DNA of 64,000 nt, taken from contig CAZCJL010000004.1 of the NCBI GenBank assembly GCA_964498785.1, positions 19,176 to 83,175 on the forward strand. The letters run 5' to 3'. Shown piece by piece: positions 22,591-32,393 of the stretch (the first letter of the stretch is position 1; each line of letters begins with the position of its first letter). The position numbers were made by a program, and so were the translations under genes. Origin of the DNA: an uncultured Cytophagia bacterium. GTDB taxonomy: Bacteria > Zhuqueibacterota > Zhuqueibacteria > Thermofontimicrobiales > Thiofontviventaceae. Under the pieces are notes generated by a model. It was not told the origin of the DNA. It was given only the letters and a program-made list of their open reading frames with translations, and made no database searches.

Positions 22591-23493
22591 GTGAAATCGA
22601 ATAAAAAACATTTATATACAGTTGCCAGCATCGGACAACTTGTGTGGGATCTTTATCAACATAAAAAATACGTCGGTGGTACAGCAGCCAATGTGGCCAT
22701 TCACTGCCGACAATTGGGTGATGAAACCATCCTGATCAGTGGCGTTGGTAACGATCCCGCTGGGAGGGAATTAATAGACACACTAAAAAAAAGGAACGTG
22801 AACACTAACTATGTACAAAAGGTAAACGGCCATCCCACCGGAGCCGTGAATATCACAGTCGATTCGAACGGTGTTCCGCGCTACGGCTGCACGACAGACG
22901 TTGCTTTTGATTATATTGTCTATTCACAATCTCTGAAAATCATCAGTGATAAAGTGGATGCCGTGTATTTTGATCTGTTGTCACAACGGAATAAATGTGC
23001 CCGATATACAATTTATGAATTTTTAGAGGCATCGCCATTTGCATTTAAATTTTTAGATCTAAATATTCGCCGTTGGTCGGATCAAATCGACGATCAAATT
23101 ACAAAATCGATAGGTATCGCCAATGCAATGAAAGCGAATGTAAATGAAATTATGCAGCTAAAATCTGCATGGGACTATGATGATCGTTATGATTTGGAAA
23201 ATTTCGTTCAAAAGTTGCTTATTGACTATGGCCTGACATTTATTGCGATCACCCGTGGTTATAACGGCAGTTTGTTTTTTGATAAAAGCAACCGGATCGA
23301 AACACCAGCAGTTAAATCCAGCCGACCCACAGATACAACAGGCGCAGGAGATGCATTTGCAGCAGCAATTATTCACCGAATACTACGGAAATCGAGTTTG
23401 CCGGATATTGCTGCATTTAGCAACAAAATTGCCGCTTATGTCACGCAATTTGCAGGCGCCACACCGCGATATGTATTGGCAGATATTGATTGA
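22591..23493 (+). CDS. PfkB-family carbohydrate kinase
   Basis: GGTAANVA, DLNIR, ITRG..G, DTTGAGDAF. Confidence 0.9.
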   Translation: MKSNKKHLYTVASIGQLVWDLYQHKKYVGGTAANVAIHCRQLGDETILISGVGNDPAGRELIDTLKKRNVNTNYVQKVNGHPTGAVNITVDSNGVPRYGCTTDVAFDYIVYSQSLKIISDKVDAVYFDLLSQRNKCARYTIYEFLEASPFAFKFLDLNIRRWSDQIDDQITKSIGIANAMKANVNEIMQLKSAWDYDDRYDLENFVQKLLIDYGLTFIAITRGYNGSLFFDKSNRIETPAVKSSRPTDTTGAGDAFAAAIIHRILRKSSLPDIAAFSNKIAAYVTQFAGATPRYVLADID

Positions 23494-23832
23494 TGTTTAC
23501 CCTAAAAATCAAAAATGTAAGTACATTCCGGAGTCAATCGCTCATGTACGTCTCGGGTGAATTTATGCGATTCACTGCAATGCATAAACAGGTTGTTCAC
23601 GAACTACTCTTGCGAAGGTTTTTGAAAATGAAACAGCCTTTATATTGCTGTAAATTCAAACAATTATCGATATATTCGTTTGATTGAAATTTTGCAAGAA
23701 TTTTTCCAATGATTCTTGATTTCCTGAACAACCTGTAACGGCATTGCACTCCGGCTAATACTAAAATAATTCGCTCTTATTAAATTACATATTTAATTTA
23801 GGATTTTAGGTTTACTTGAAGGAATTCTGATA

Positions 23833-24534
23833 ATGATAAAATTTTGTGTAATTATAATAATCGCCTTTCTGTCTGCATGTAATACAAATGATGATGAGAA
23901 CCTTTCAAAAGAAATATCTCAGGCAATTAAAAATGATCAATATACACCACCGGAAAACAATCAGTTAACTGACGAACAAATAAAAAATTATATTCTTATT
24001 CGAATTCAACAGCGAAATACACTTCATGATTATCTGAGTACTTATACTCAAAAATCAGATAGTGGTAAGAAAACAGGAAAGGAAGAAAATAATATCTCGA
24101 TCCAGGATTATATCAAGGCGTTTCGCACACTTAGCGAGAGTAGAGAACATCTTTCAACGTATATTACATCTGCGAAAAAATTGGGATACAATAGCAAAGA
24201 ATATGAATGGGTTAAAAATACGATTTTCGCGACAATGAGAGCGCAGTGGGCAGACTCATTGTCGATCGCAACGATTAAAGCATATCAAAATACTTTAAAA
24301 GATTTACAAGAACAAGAAAAAACATGTTCCAAGCTCCAAAATCAACATTTGATAACTCAACAAATCCGAATTCTCAATGAATCCGTTGAATATATCCGGC
24401 ATGAACTTACACCATTAAGTGAAACCGAATTAATAAATATAAAATTATTAAAAAAATATATACCACACATTTTGCAATTGAAATCAGAAATTAATGAACT
24501 CCACCAAAAATTGAAAATGGTTAATCATGAATAA
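23833..24534 (+). CDS. Hypothetical helical lipoprotein
   Basis: Lipobox FLSAC; 233 aa; no family recognised. Confidence 0.7.
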   Translation: MIKFCVIIIIAFLSACNTNDDENLSKEISQAIKNDQYTPPENNQLTDEQIKNYILIRIQQRNTLHDYLSTYTQKSDSGKKTGKEENNISIQDYIKAFRTLSESREHLSTYITSAKKLGYNSKEYEWVKNTIFATMRAQWADSLSIATIKAYQNTLKDLQEQEKTCSKLQNQHLITQQIRILNESVEYIRHELTPLSETELINIKLLKKYIPHILQLKSEINELHQKLKMVNHE

Positions 24535-24564
24535 TTAAGCAAGATAATCTGATTTTTAGATTTG

Positions 24565-24592
24565 AAGCCGGATAACAAATCTGGCTTTTTTA
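24565..24592 (+). terminator. Intrinsic terminator
   Basis: aagccggat-aacaa-atctggctt hairpin followed by a T-run, 30 bp after the stop codon. Confidence 0.6.
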
Positions 24593-24612
24593 TTTAAATG
24601 GCCAAAATTGAC

Positions 24613-24641
24613 TTGATTTAAAGTTTTTTTTTCATTATCTT
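24613..24641 (+). promoter_or_regulatory. Putative sigma70-type promoter for the methyltransferase-GT4-DUF2723 operon
   Basis: TTGATT (24613-24618), 17 bp, TATCTT (24636-24641). Confidence 0.4.
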
Positions 24642-24668
24642 AACGTTTTTAAATTTCATAAGGTTTAT

Positions 24669-25454
24669 ATGCAAAGAGACTCAACGCAAAAGAATTGGGA
24701 CGAATTCTGGAATCGAAAGCAACACGTAGAAGAAGTCTATTCCAATGTTGAACGAATTATTACCAATCTAAGACGTGTCACCGCTCTTAATGGAAAGCGA
24801 ATACTTGAGGTTGGTGCTGGAACTGCCCGCGATAGTTTTAAATTAGTGAACCAGGGTGCGAACGTTTTTGTACTGGATTATTCTCCTGTTGCGATGGATA
24901 TTGTCAATCATTTGAATCAGGAAAATAATACAAAAATTCAACCCATTCGTGCGGATGCATTCAGTATTCCGTCTCCCGACAATACGTATGACATCGTCTT
25001 CCACCAGGGATTATTGGAACATTTTCGAGACCCGCGCCCGCTACTTCAGGAAAATGTGCGGGTACTAAAAGAAGGAGGCTATTTACTTGTCGACGTCCCA
25101 CAGCGTTATCATATTTATACAATCATAAAACACATTCTTATCTTTTTTAATAAATGGTTCGCGGGATGGGAAACCGAATTTTCCATAAATGAATTAGAAA
25201 ACCTTGCTAAACATGCCGGAGTTAAAGTTGTATATCGATATGGAAGCTGGATGCGGCCCAGTTTATTCTATCGGATATTACGGGAAGTTTTATTGAAAAT
25301 TAAAATAAAATTGCCTCTGTACCCTCGCGGACTACCGCTATTCAGAAATATTCGGAATTTCTTGAGAAATCGATTTATTCACTCAAATTGGGCGCTTTAT
25401 ACATTTTTGGATATTGGTATCATCGCGAAGAAGGATAATTCTAACGGGAAATGA
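24669..25454 (+). CDS. Class I SAM-dependent methyltransferase
   Basis: ILEVGAGTA, LDYSP, ADAFSIP, FHQGLLEHF. Confidence 0.88.
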   Translation: MQRDSTQKNWDEFWNRKQHVEEVYSNVERIITNLRRVTALNGKRILEVGAGTARDSFKLVNQGANVFVLDYSPVAMDIVNHLNQENNTKIQPIRADAFSIPSPDNTYDIVFHQGLLEHFRDPRPLLQENVRVLKEGGYLLVDVPQRYHIYTIIKHILIFFNKWFAGWETEFSINELENLAKHAGVKVVYRYGSWMRPSLFYRILREVLLKIKIKLPLYPRGLPLFRNIRNFLRNRFIHSNWALYTFLDIGIIAKKDNSNGK

Positions 25455-26560
25455 AATTGAATATTTTAGTGATAAATTGGCAGGACATTAAAAATCCCCT
25501 CAGCGGCGGCGCTGAAGTTCATTTGCATGAAATATTCAAACGAATTGTGAAAATGGGACATAATGTTACATTGCTGTGTTGCAATTATGAAAATTCTGAA
25601 CCCAAAGAAAATATCGATGGAATCCAGATTATCCGTCGGGGGCATCGTAACTTATTTAATTATGTTGTTCCGGGCAATTATTTTCGTCTTAATAAAAAAT
25701 ATAATTTTGATGTCGTTGTTGATGATATAAATAAAATTCCGTTTTACACGCCGATTTTTGTAAAAAAGCCATTGATCGGGATTATACATCATCTTTTTGG
25801 AGACAGCATTTTTCGCGAAGCAGGGCTACCTGGCGCACTGTATGTAAATCTTTCTGAGAAACTAATCGTACCGGTTTATAAGAATATTCCAATGGCAATC
25901 GTTTCTGAAAGCACACAGGAAGAATTATTAAATAAAGGATTGAAAAGTGAAAATTTGCACATTATTCACAACGGAGTCGACATGTCGCGCTTTCGTGCTG
26001 AAAAAAAATATCGCGAAAGCACACCAACAATTGGATATTTTGGCAGGATTAAAAAGTATAAAAGCGTAGATCATCTATTACAAGCGTTTAAAATTGTTCA
26101 GGAAAAATATGCAAACGCGCAGTTACTCATCATGGGAGACGGAGACAATTTAACAGAAATCAAACAACTTGCCAAAAAGTTGCAGATTGCATCGAAAGTT
26201 ACTTTTACCGGACCATTAAAAAACGATGAAAAATTAAATTATCTCAACAAAGCCTGGTTCACTGTCAATCCATCCCCAAAAGAAGGCTGGGGTTTAACAG
26301 TTATCGAATCAAATGCATGCGCCTTACCTGTGATTGCAGCAAATTCTCCCGGTCTCCGGGATTCAGTGGTCGATAAAAAGACCGGCCTTCTATATGATTA
26401 TGGGAATATTGAACAATTAGCAAACCTAATGGTTTTATTGATCGAAAATCAGGTATTAAGAGAGAAATTAAGCCAGAACAGCCTGGAATGGGCAAAACAA
26501 TTTAGCTGGGATCGCTCGGCTGATAAAATGTTACATTTATTAGAGAAAACAATACGTTAG
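25451..26560 (+). CDS. GT4-family glycosyltransferase
   Basis: GGAEVH, YFGRIKKYK, KEGWGLTVIESNACALPVIA, GLRDSV; ATGA overlap with the upstream gene. Confidence 0.92.
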   Translation: MKLNILVINWQDIKNPLSGGAEVHLHEIFKRIVKMGHNVTLLCCNYENSEPKENIDGIQIIRRGHRNLFNYVVPGNYFRLNKKYNFDVVVDDINKIPFYTPIFVKKPLIGIIHHLFGDSIFREAGLPGALYVNLSEKLIVPVYKNIPMAIVSESTQEELLNKGLKSENLHIIHNGVDMSRFRAEKKYRESTPTIGYFGRIKKYKSVDHLLQAFKIVQEKYANAQLLIMGDGDNLTEIKQLAKKLQIASKVTFTGPLKNDEKLNYLNKAWFTVNPSPKEGWGLTVIESNACALPVIAANSPGLRDSVVDKKTGLLYDYGNIEQLANLMVLLIENQVLREKLSQNSLEWAKQFSWDRSADKMLHLLEKTIR

Positions 26561-26579
26561 ATTATACGGAGGGAATTTG

Positions 26580-29258
26580 ATGTTAACCCATAAACAAATA
26601 AACAGAATTTTTGCACTTTTTGTTTTTATCTTTTCAACAATTATTTATTTACGAACCGTGGCGCCAACAACCTCTTTTTGGGATTGCGGTGAGTTTATCG
26701 CATGTTCATACATTCTCGGTGTGCCCCATCCACCAGGAGCGCCTCTTTATATCCTTGTCGGTCGCTTATTTTCAATGATTCCCTTTGCTGCAGATATCGG
26801 ACTCCGGGTGAATGTCCTTTCATCTCTGGCCAGTAGTTTCACGATTATGTTTGTCTATTTAATTATCATTCAATTGATTACTATGTTCCGTGGTTTGGCC
26901 AAAGATACAATTGATCGGATCATCCTTTATTCCTCAGGCGTTATTGGCGCCCTCTTTTTCGCTTTTACAGACACATTTTGGTTTAATGCTGTGGAAGCAG
27001 AGGTCTATTCGATTAGTATTCTGTTTACTGCCCTTGTCTTTTGGCTAATCTTGTTGTGGCATGAAAAAGCTGATGAACCAAATTCTGATAAATATATACT
27101 TATGATTGCCTATCTTATCGGACTGGCAATCAGCGTTCATTTGTTGACTATCCTGGCGCTTCCGGCAGTTGGTTTAATCATCTATTTTCGAAAACAAAAA
27201 TTTGATATTGGCACATTTCTGATTTTTGGACTTATTTTTTCACTGGCATTTATTACAATTTATCCCGGCATCGTGAAATGGCTGCCAAATCTTGCCCTGA
27301 AATTCCATCCGATTATTCTCATTCTTGTTCCATTAGCGCTTTTATTTGGTGCATATTATGCATTACAAAATAAGAAACGAATTGCTGCACTGGCATGCAT
27401 GGCCTTTCTTTTAATTTTAGTTGCAAATTCAACTTATACTGCAATTTATATTCGTTCAAATCTCAATCCGGCTATTGATGAAAATGATCCCGAGACACTT
27501 GATAAAATGGTAAAATACCTCAATCGCGAACAATATGGAGATTGGGGATATGTTGAGCGTCGTGCCCCGCTCTGGGAATATCAAATAAAAAAAATGTATC
27601 TTCGATATTTCGGATGGCAATTTATCGGCACCGGAACAACTCTTGGAGAAGATAGACGAGTCGTTGAAAATTTTAGTTTGAACGGATTGTTAGGGCTGCC
27701 CTTTCTCGTCGGCTTAATCGGAATGTTTTATCATTTCCGGAAAGATCGGTATCATGCCTCTGTGCTACTTACGCTATTTTTTATGACTGGCATTACCATC
27801 GTATTGTACCTGAACCAGGAGGATCCGCAACCGCGCGAGCGGGATTATGTGTATGTGGGTTCCTATATGGCCTTTGCCGTGTGGATCGGAATTGGTGTTT
27901 CTGCTATCCTCGAATGGACACGTAACATAACCCAAAAATTTCCCTCTGTTCAAAAACTCGCGTTACTGGCAATGATCTGCACTCTTATTTTGGCGCTTCC
28001 GGTAAACACGATTGCGTTGAATTATGATTCCCACGATCGAACCGGAAATTATGTTGCGTATGATTATTCATATAATATTTTGCAGAGCTGCGAACCAAAC
28101 GCAATATTATTTACAAACGGAGACAATGACACATTTCCGCTCTGGTTTTTGCAAAATGTGTATAATATCAGGCAGGATGTTCGCGTCGTTAATTTAAGTT
28201 TGCTCAATACATCATGGTATATTCTTCAGTTAAAACATCAGGAACCAAAGGTTCCGATTTCGCTATCCGATGAAACGATTGAAACGTTGACGCCCCGGTT
28301 ATTGCCAGAGGATCGACGTCTTGTTCGGATTCCTGTTTCCAGAGAAGTTTTTCAACAACACATGGAAGAAGCGCTCGTCGAGCGCAAAGATATGGGCGCA
28401 AAACTGGAAGATCCGCCGGAAATATCGTTTGAATTGAAACCTACACTTATGGGACAGGCGCTTCGCGTGCAGGACCTGATGATCTTGAATATTATTCAAG
28501 CAAATCGATTTAAGCATCCCGTATATTTTGCGCTCACTGTATCAAGGCAAAATCAACTAAATATGTTCAAATATCTTCGCATGGATGGTCTGGTTTTCAA
28601 ATTGGTGACCTATCCTGAAGAACAGGTTTCTGCTGTCAATTTACAGAAAAATTTATTTGAAAAATTTCAATATCGTGGTTTAGCAGATAGCACTGTCTAT
28701 TTTAATGAAAATATCAAAGGTTTATTGAGAAATTATCAGGGATCATTTTTCAGCCTGGCTCAATACTATGCTCGTGAAAAACAATATGATAAAATGATCG
28801 AAACATTTGATAAACTCGACGAAGTTATGCCAACGTCTATCATTCCGATACGCGATGATCTGAATTATCAAATTGGGTACATGTATTATCAGGCCGGAAA
28901 GGAAGAAGAGTTCAAACGCCGCTTGGAAAATAACCTCAAAACCAGCGAGATGCCATTGGAAGAGCAAGTGCGATATGCCACCATTTTTTCTCAATTGTTT
29001 AAAGATAATGAAAAAGCCGAATCCATTGTCAATAATGTATTATCTGTAAATCCCGATTTTGCTCAGGCGTATTACTGGTTATTGAGCCATTATTATTCTC
29101 AGCAAAAATTTGATGAAGGTATCACACTATTAAATAGATGGATTGATCGCCATCCGGATGATAAAACAGCACAACAACAACTGGATCAGTTTATCCAAAT
29201 GGCTGCCGGTAAAACGGAATCAGATACTGCAGCAGTTGATAGCACAGTGAATAACTAA
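26580..29258 (+). CDS. DUF2723/TMEM260-like multi-pass GT-C membrane protein with C-terminal TPR-like region, paralog 1
   Basis: SFWDCGEFIACSY.LG.PHPPG.PL, WFNAVEAEVY, QPRERDY, TNGDNDTFPLW; many TM helices; helical-repeat C-terminus. Confidence 0.85.
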   Translation: MLTHKQINRIFALFVFIFSTIIYLRTVAPTTSFWDCGEFIACSYILGVPHPPGAPLYILVGRLFSMIPFAADIGLRVNVLSSLASSFTIMFVYLIIIQLITMFRGLAKDTIDRIILYSSGVIGALFFAFTDTFWFNAVEAEVYSISILFTALVFWLILLWHEKADEPNSDKYILMIAYLIGLAISVHLLTILALPAVGLIIYFRKQKFDIGTFLIFGLIFSLAFITIYPGIVKWLPNLALKFHPIILILVPLALLFGAYYALQNKKRIAALACMAFLLILVANSTYTAIYIRSNLNPAIDENDPETLDKMVKYLNREQYGDWGYVERRAPLWEYQIKKMYLRYFGWQFIGTGTTLGEDRRVVENFSLNGLLGLPFLVGLIGMFYHFRKDRYHASVLLTLFFMTGITIVLYLNQEDPQPRERDYVYVGSYMAFAVWIGIGVSAILEWTRNITQKFPSVQKLALLAMICTLILALPVNTIALNYDSHDRTGNYVAYDYSYNILQSCEPNAILFTNGDNDTFPLWFLQNVYNIRQDVRVVNLSLLNTSWYILQLKHQEPKVPISLSDETIETLTPRLLPEDRRLVRIPVSREVFQQHMEEALVERKDMGAKLEDPPEISFELKPTLMGQALRVQDLMILNIIQANRFKHPVYFALTVSRQNQLNMFKYLRMDGLVFKLVTYPEEQVSAVNLQKNLFEKFQYRGLADSTVYFNENIKGLLRNYQGSFFSLAQYYAREKQYDKMIETFDKLDEVMPTSIIPIRDDLNYQIGYMYYQAGKEEEFKRRLENNLKTSEMPLEEQVRYATIFSQLFKDNEKAESIVNNVLSVNPDFAQAYYWLLSHYYSQQKFDEGITLLNRWIDRHPDDKTAQQQLDQFIQMAAGKTESDTAAVDSTVNN

Positions 29259-29321
29259 AACCAAAGATGAATTGGACCGCTTGTATACGTTATGAATAAT
29301 CAAAGTTAGGAAAATGACTGT

Positions 29322-31970
29322 ATGATGACAACAAAAAAAATCAATCGTATTTTCGCAGCCGTTATTTTCTTGATATCATTATATCTTTATTTGAGAACAA
29401 TTGCACCCACGACGTCCTTTTGGGACTGCGGTGAGTTTATCGCGTGTTCTTATATTCTCGGCATCCCACATCCACCAGGAGCGCCTTTATTCCTTTTATT
29501 AGGCCGAGTTTTCGCATTAATTCCCTGGGCCGCGGATATTGGTTTGCGTGTGAATGTAATTTCCGCGATTACAACTGCCTTCTCCATAATGTTTACTTAT
29601 TTAATCATTGTCCAATTAATTAAGTTATGGCGAGGTGTTCCCAAAAAGATTGAAGACTATATTTTGATGTTTTCCGGCGGAATTATCGGTGCGCTTGCAC
29701 TCGCCTTTTCAGACTCAGTCTGGTTTAATGCAGTGGAAGCTGAAGTGTATGCGATCAGTTTATTTTTCACCACAATTGTCGTCTGGCTCATTCTTGTGTG
29801 GAATGAAAAAGCGGATAATCCACAAAGTGATAAATATCTCCTTTTAATTGCCTATTGTGTGGGGTTGGCAATTGGCGTCCATCTTTTGAATATTTTAGCG
29901 TTACCGGCAGTTTTTTTAATAATTTACTTCCGTAAATATCGATTTGATATCGGATCTTTTCTGTTATTTAGTCTCGCATCAATCCTGATTTTGATCGCTA
30001 TTTATCCGGGTGTTGTTAAATGGATTCCAAACCTGGCGCTAAAACTTTCTGGTTGGCTCTTCCTGTTAATTGTGCTCGCACTGCTAACTGCTATTTATTA
30101 TTTCATTAAAACGAAAAATCGTACTGTTGCAATAATCATCATTTCCTTTTTCCTGGTTTTGCTGGGGACATCAACTTATGGAATGATTTATATCCGATCA
30201 AACCTCGATCCTGCTATCGATGAAAATGATCCGGAAGACCTTGAGAAATTTGTCAGTTATTTGAATCGTGAGCAATACGGCGACTGGAGTTATATTGAGC
30301 GCCGCGCACCTCTCTGGGAGTATCAGATAAAGAAAATGTATATTCGCTATCTCGGATGGCAATTTATCGGAAAAGGCGATGCTCATGGCAGCGATGGTTT
30401 TCTTGCCGACATAATTAATTTCAACGGATTGTTTGGTATACCGTTTCTCCTTGGTATTTTCGGAATGGTTCACCACTTTTTCAAGGATCATAAACGAGCG
30501 CTTACCTTGCTACTGTTATTTTTTATGACCGGTCTGGCCATTGTTTTCTATCTGAATCAACCAGACCCGCAACCTCGTGAGCGAGATTACGTCTATGTGG
30601 GGTCATTTTTTGCTTTTGCCCTGTGGATCGGAATTGGCGTCGCTGGCATCATGGAATCGATTCTTGAAGGGTTTCAAGGGAAAAATTCTCTGTTTCAGAA
30701 AATCGCACTGATTACTGTTCTCATAATTACACTTCTCATTGTGCCGGTAAATATGCTTGCTTTTAATTACCACACTCACGATCGAACCGGAAATTATGTT
30801 GCGTATGATTATTCATATAATATTTTGGAATCGTGCGAAGAAAACGCAATTATATTTACCAACGGTGATAACGATACATTTCCTCTGTGGTTTTTACAAA
30901 ACGTAGAAGGTATTCGAACCGATGTCCAGGTGGTCAATTTAAGCCTGTTAAACACAAACTGGTATATTAAACAACTTAAGAAATCAAATCCGCCGGTTCC
31001 CATTACATTATCAGATGCTGAAATCGATAAATTGACAATTAAACTCTGGCCAGAGAAAAAAACCATCAAAGTACCGGTTCCACGAGACACGTATCAGCAG
31101 GATATTAAAGACCTCGGCGAACAAAAAAGTTTGATTATTCCCAAAGATGAAGCCCCGGAAATCTCATTTGAGCTTGAACCGACCTTTTATGGCAAAGCAA
31201 TTCGGGTGCAGGATTGGATGATTCTCAACATTATTGCATCAAATCAGTTCCGGCGTCCTATTTATTTTGCAGTAACAGTATCCCCGGAAAATATGCTTAA
31301 TCTCGATGATTATCTAAGAATGGATGGACTGTGCTTTAAATTAGTCACTTATCCGGGAGAGCTTATATCACCGGTCCGTTTACATAAAAACATTTTTGAC
31401 AGATTCAGCTATCGTAATCTGGACAATCCGGATGTCTATTTTAACCAAAATATTCAGGGACTTTTGTCTAATTACCGGGCTGCGTTCCTTCGTCTGGCAA
31501 ATTTTTATCATCAGGAAAAGCTCTACCATGATATGATAACCGTGCTGGATAAAATGGAAGAAGTCATTCCGGAAAGCGTTATTCCGCCGTTTGACCGTCG
31601 AATTAGCCTAACGATTGGCCGTATGTACCAGGATGCTGGCAAACCGCAAGAATTTGAAAAACGGATTGATTATTACCTGAATCGACCAGAAATAAGCACC
31701 GAAGAAAAACTTGAATTCGCACAAATTTATCATCAATTATTAGACGATAATGAAAAAGCTGAAAAAATTGCCCTGGAAATTCTGGAGTCGAAACCAAGTT
31801 ATCAGTATGTATATTATTGGTTGTTTAATTTATATACAGAAACAAAAGAATTCCAAAAAGGGATTGAACTGGCAAATCAGCTTTTAGCAATAAATCCGAA
31901 AGATATGCAGGCACAGGTCAGACTTAAGCATTTCAAAAAGATGATACCTGCAGTCAATGATTCAAATTAA
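29322..31970 (+). CDS. DUF2723/TMEM260-like multi-pass GT-C membrane protein with C-terminal TPR-like region, paralog 2
   Basis: Same motif set as paralog 1 and colinear with it over the full length. Confidence 0.85.
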   Translation: MMTTKKINRIFAAVIFLISLYLYLRTIAPTTSFWDCGEFIACSYILGIPHPPGAPLFLLLGRVFALIPWAADIGLRVNVISAITTAFSIMFTYLIIVQLIKLWRGVPKKIEDYILMFSGGIIGALALAFSDSVWFNAVEAEVYAISLFFTTIVVWLILVWNEKADNPQSDKYLLLIAYCVGLAIGVHLLNILALPAVFLIIYFRKYRFDIGSFLLFSLASILILIAIYPGVVKWIPNLALKLSGWLFLLIVLALLTAIYYFIKTKNRTVAIIIISFFLVLLGTSTYGMIYIRSNLDPAIDENDPEDLEKFVSYLNREQYGDWSYIERRAPLWEYQIKKMYIRYLGWQFIGKGDAHGSDGFLADIINFNGLFGIPFLLGIFGMVHHFFKDHKRALTLLLLFFMTGLAIVFYLNQPDPQPRERDYVYVGSFFAFALWIGIGVAGIMESILEGFQGKNSLFQKIALITVLIITLLIVPVNMLAFNYHTHDRTGNYVAYDYSYNILESCEENAIIFTNGDNDTFPLWFLQNVEGIRTDVQVVNLSLLNTNWYIKQLKKSNPPVPITLSDAEIDKLTIKLWPEKKTIKVPVPRDTYQQDIKDLGEQKSLIIPKDEAPEISFELEPTFYGKAIRVQDWMILNIIASNQFRRPIYFAVTVSPENMLNLDDYLRMDGLCFKLVTYPGELISPVRLHKNIFDRFSYRNLDNPDVYFNQNIQGLLSNYRAAFLRLANFYHQEKLYHDMITVLDKMEEVIPESVIPPFDRRISLTIGRMYQDAGKPQEFEKRIDYYLNRPEISTEEKLEFAQIYHQLLDDNEKAEKIALEILESKPSYQYVYYWLFNLYTETKEFQKGIELANQLLAINPKDMQAQVRLKHFKKMIPAVNDSN

Positions 31971-32005
31971 AATTGAAATAAATTCACATTTTAAGATTTA
32001 ACCTG

Positions 32006-32163
32006 CATTATTCACAAAACGTGCCACAGAAGCACAGAGGTCACAGAGAAACAGCAACATGTGTGCAGATTACTTTTCAAACTGAGTTACGAAAAATTCG
32101 AGTTGCTATTGTTTGCGCAACGTTTTGAAAATAAAAACGCTCTGTGGCTATGACTTTTTCAGG
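32006..32163. mobile_element. Non-coding dispersed repeat (MITE-like), copy 2
   Basis: Homologous to 13124-13294 but missing about 15 bp of the right inverted-repeat arm. Confidence 0.7.
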
Positions 32164-32393
32164 TTAAAGATAATAAATTTTTGGAAATATTAGTTGTCCT
32201 TAGTTGCTGAACGAAAACATAAAATATCATTCTGAATCCGGCTTTGCCGAAAAAGAACCATAACATTTAATAACGCCAGGAATTTAGTGCTATACGTTTC
32301 TTGGTAATTCCGCTGCTCAGGATGAAAAACCAGACGTTTTCAGTCTATCACAACTTAAAAACAGTTTTGAGTAAATTTTGTTGAGGGATATTT

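Noticed and set aside
23490-23687. 65-aa ORF after pfkB, and a known riboswitch in the same region
   Set aside because: No recognisable protein motif, and I could not match any riboswitch consensus by eye. Kept only as an unexplained structured region.
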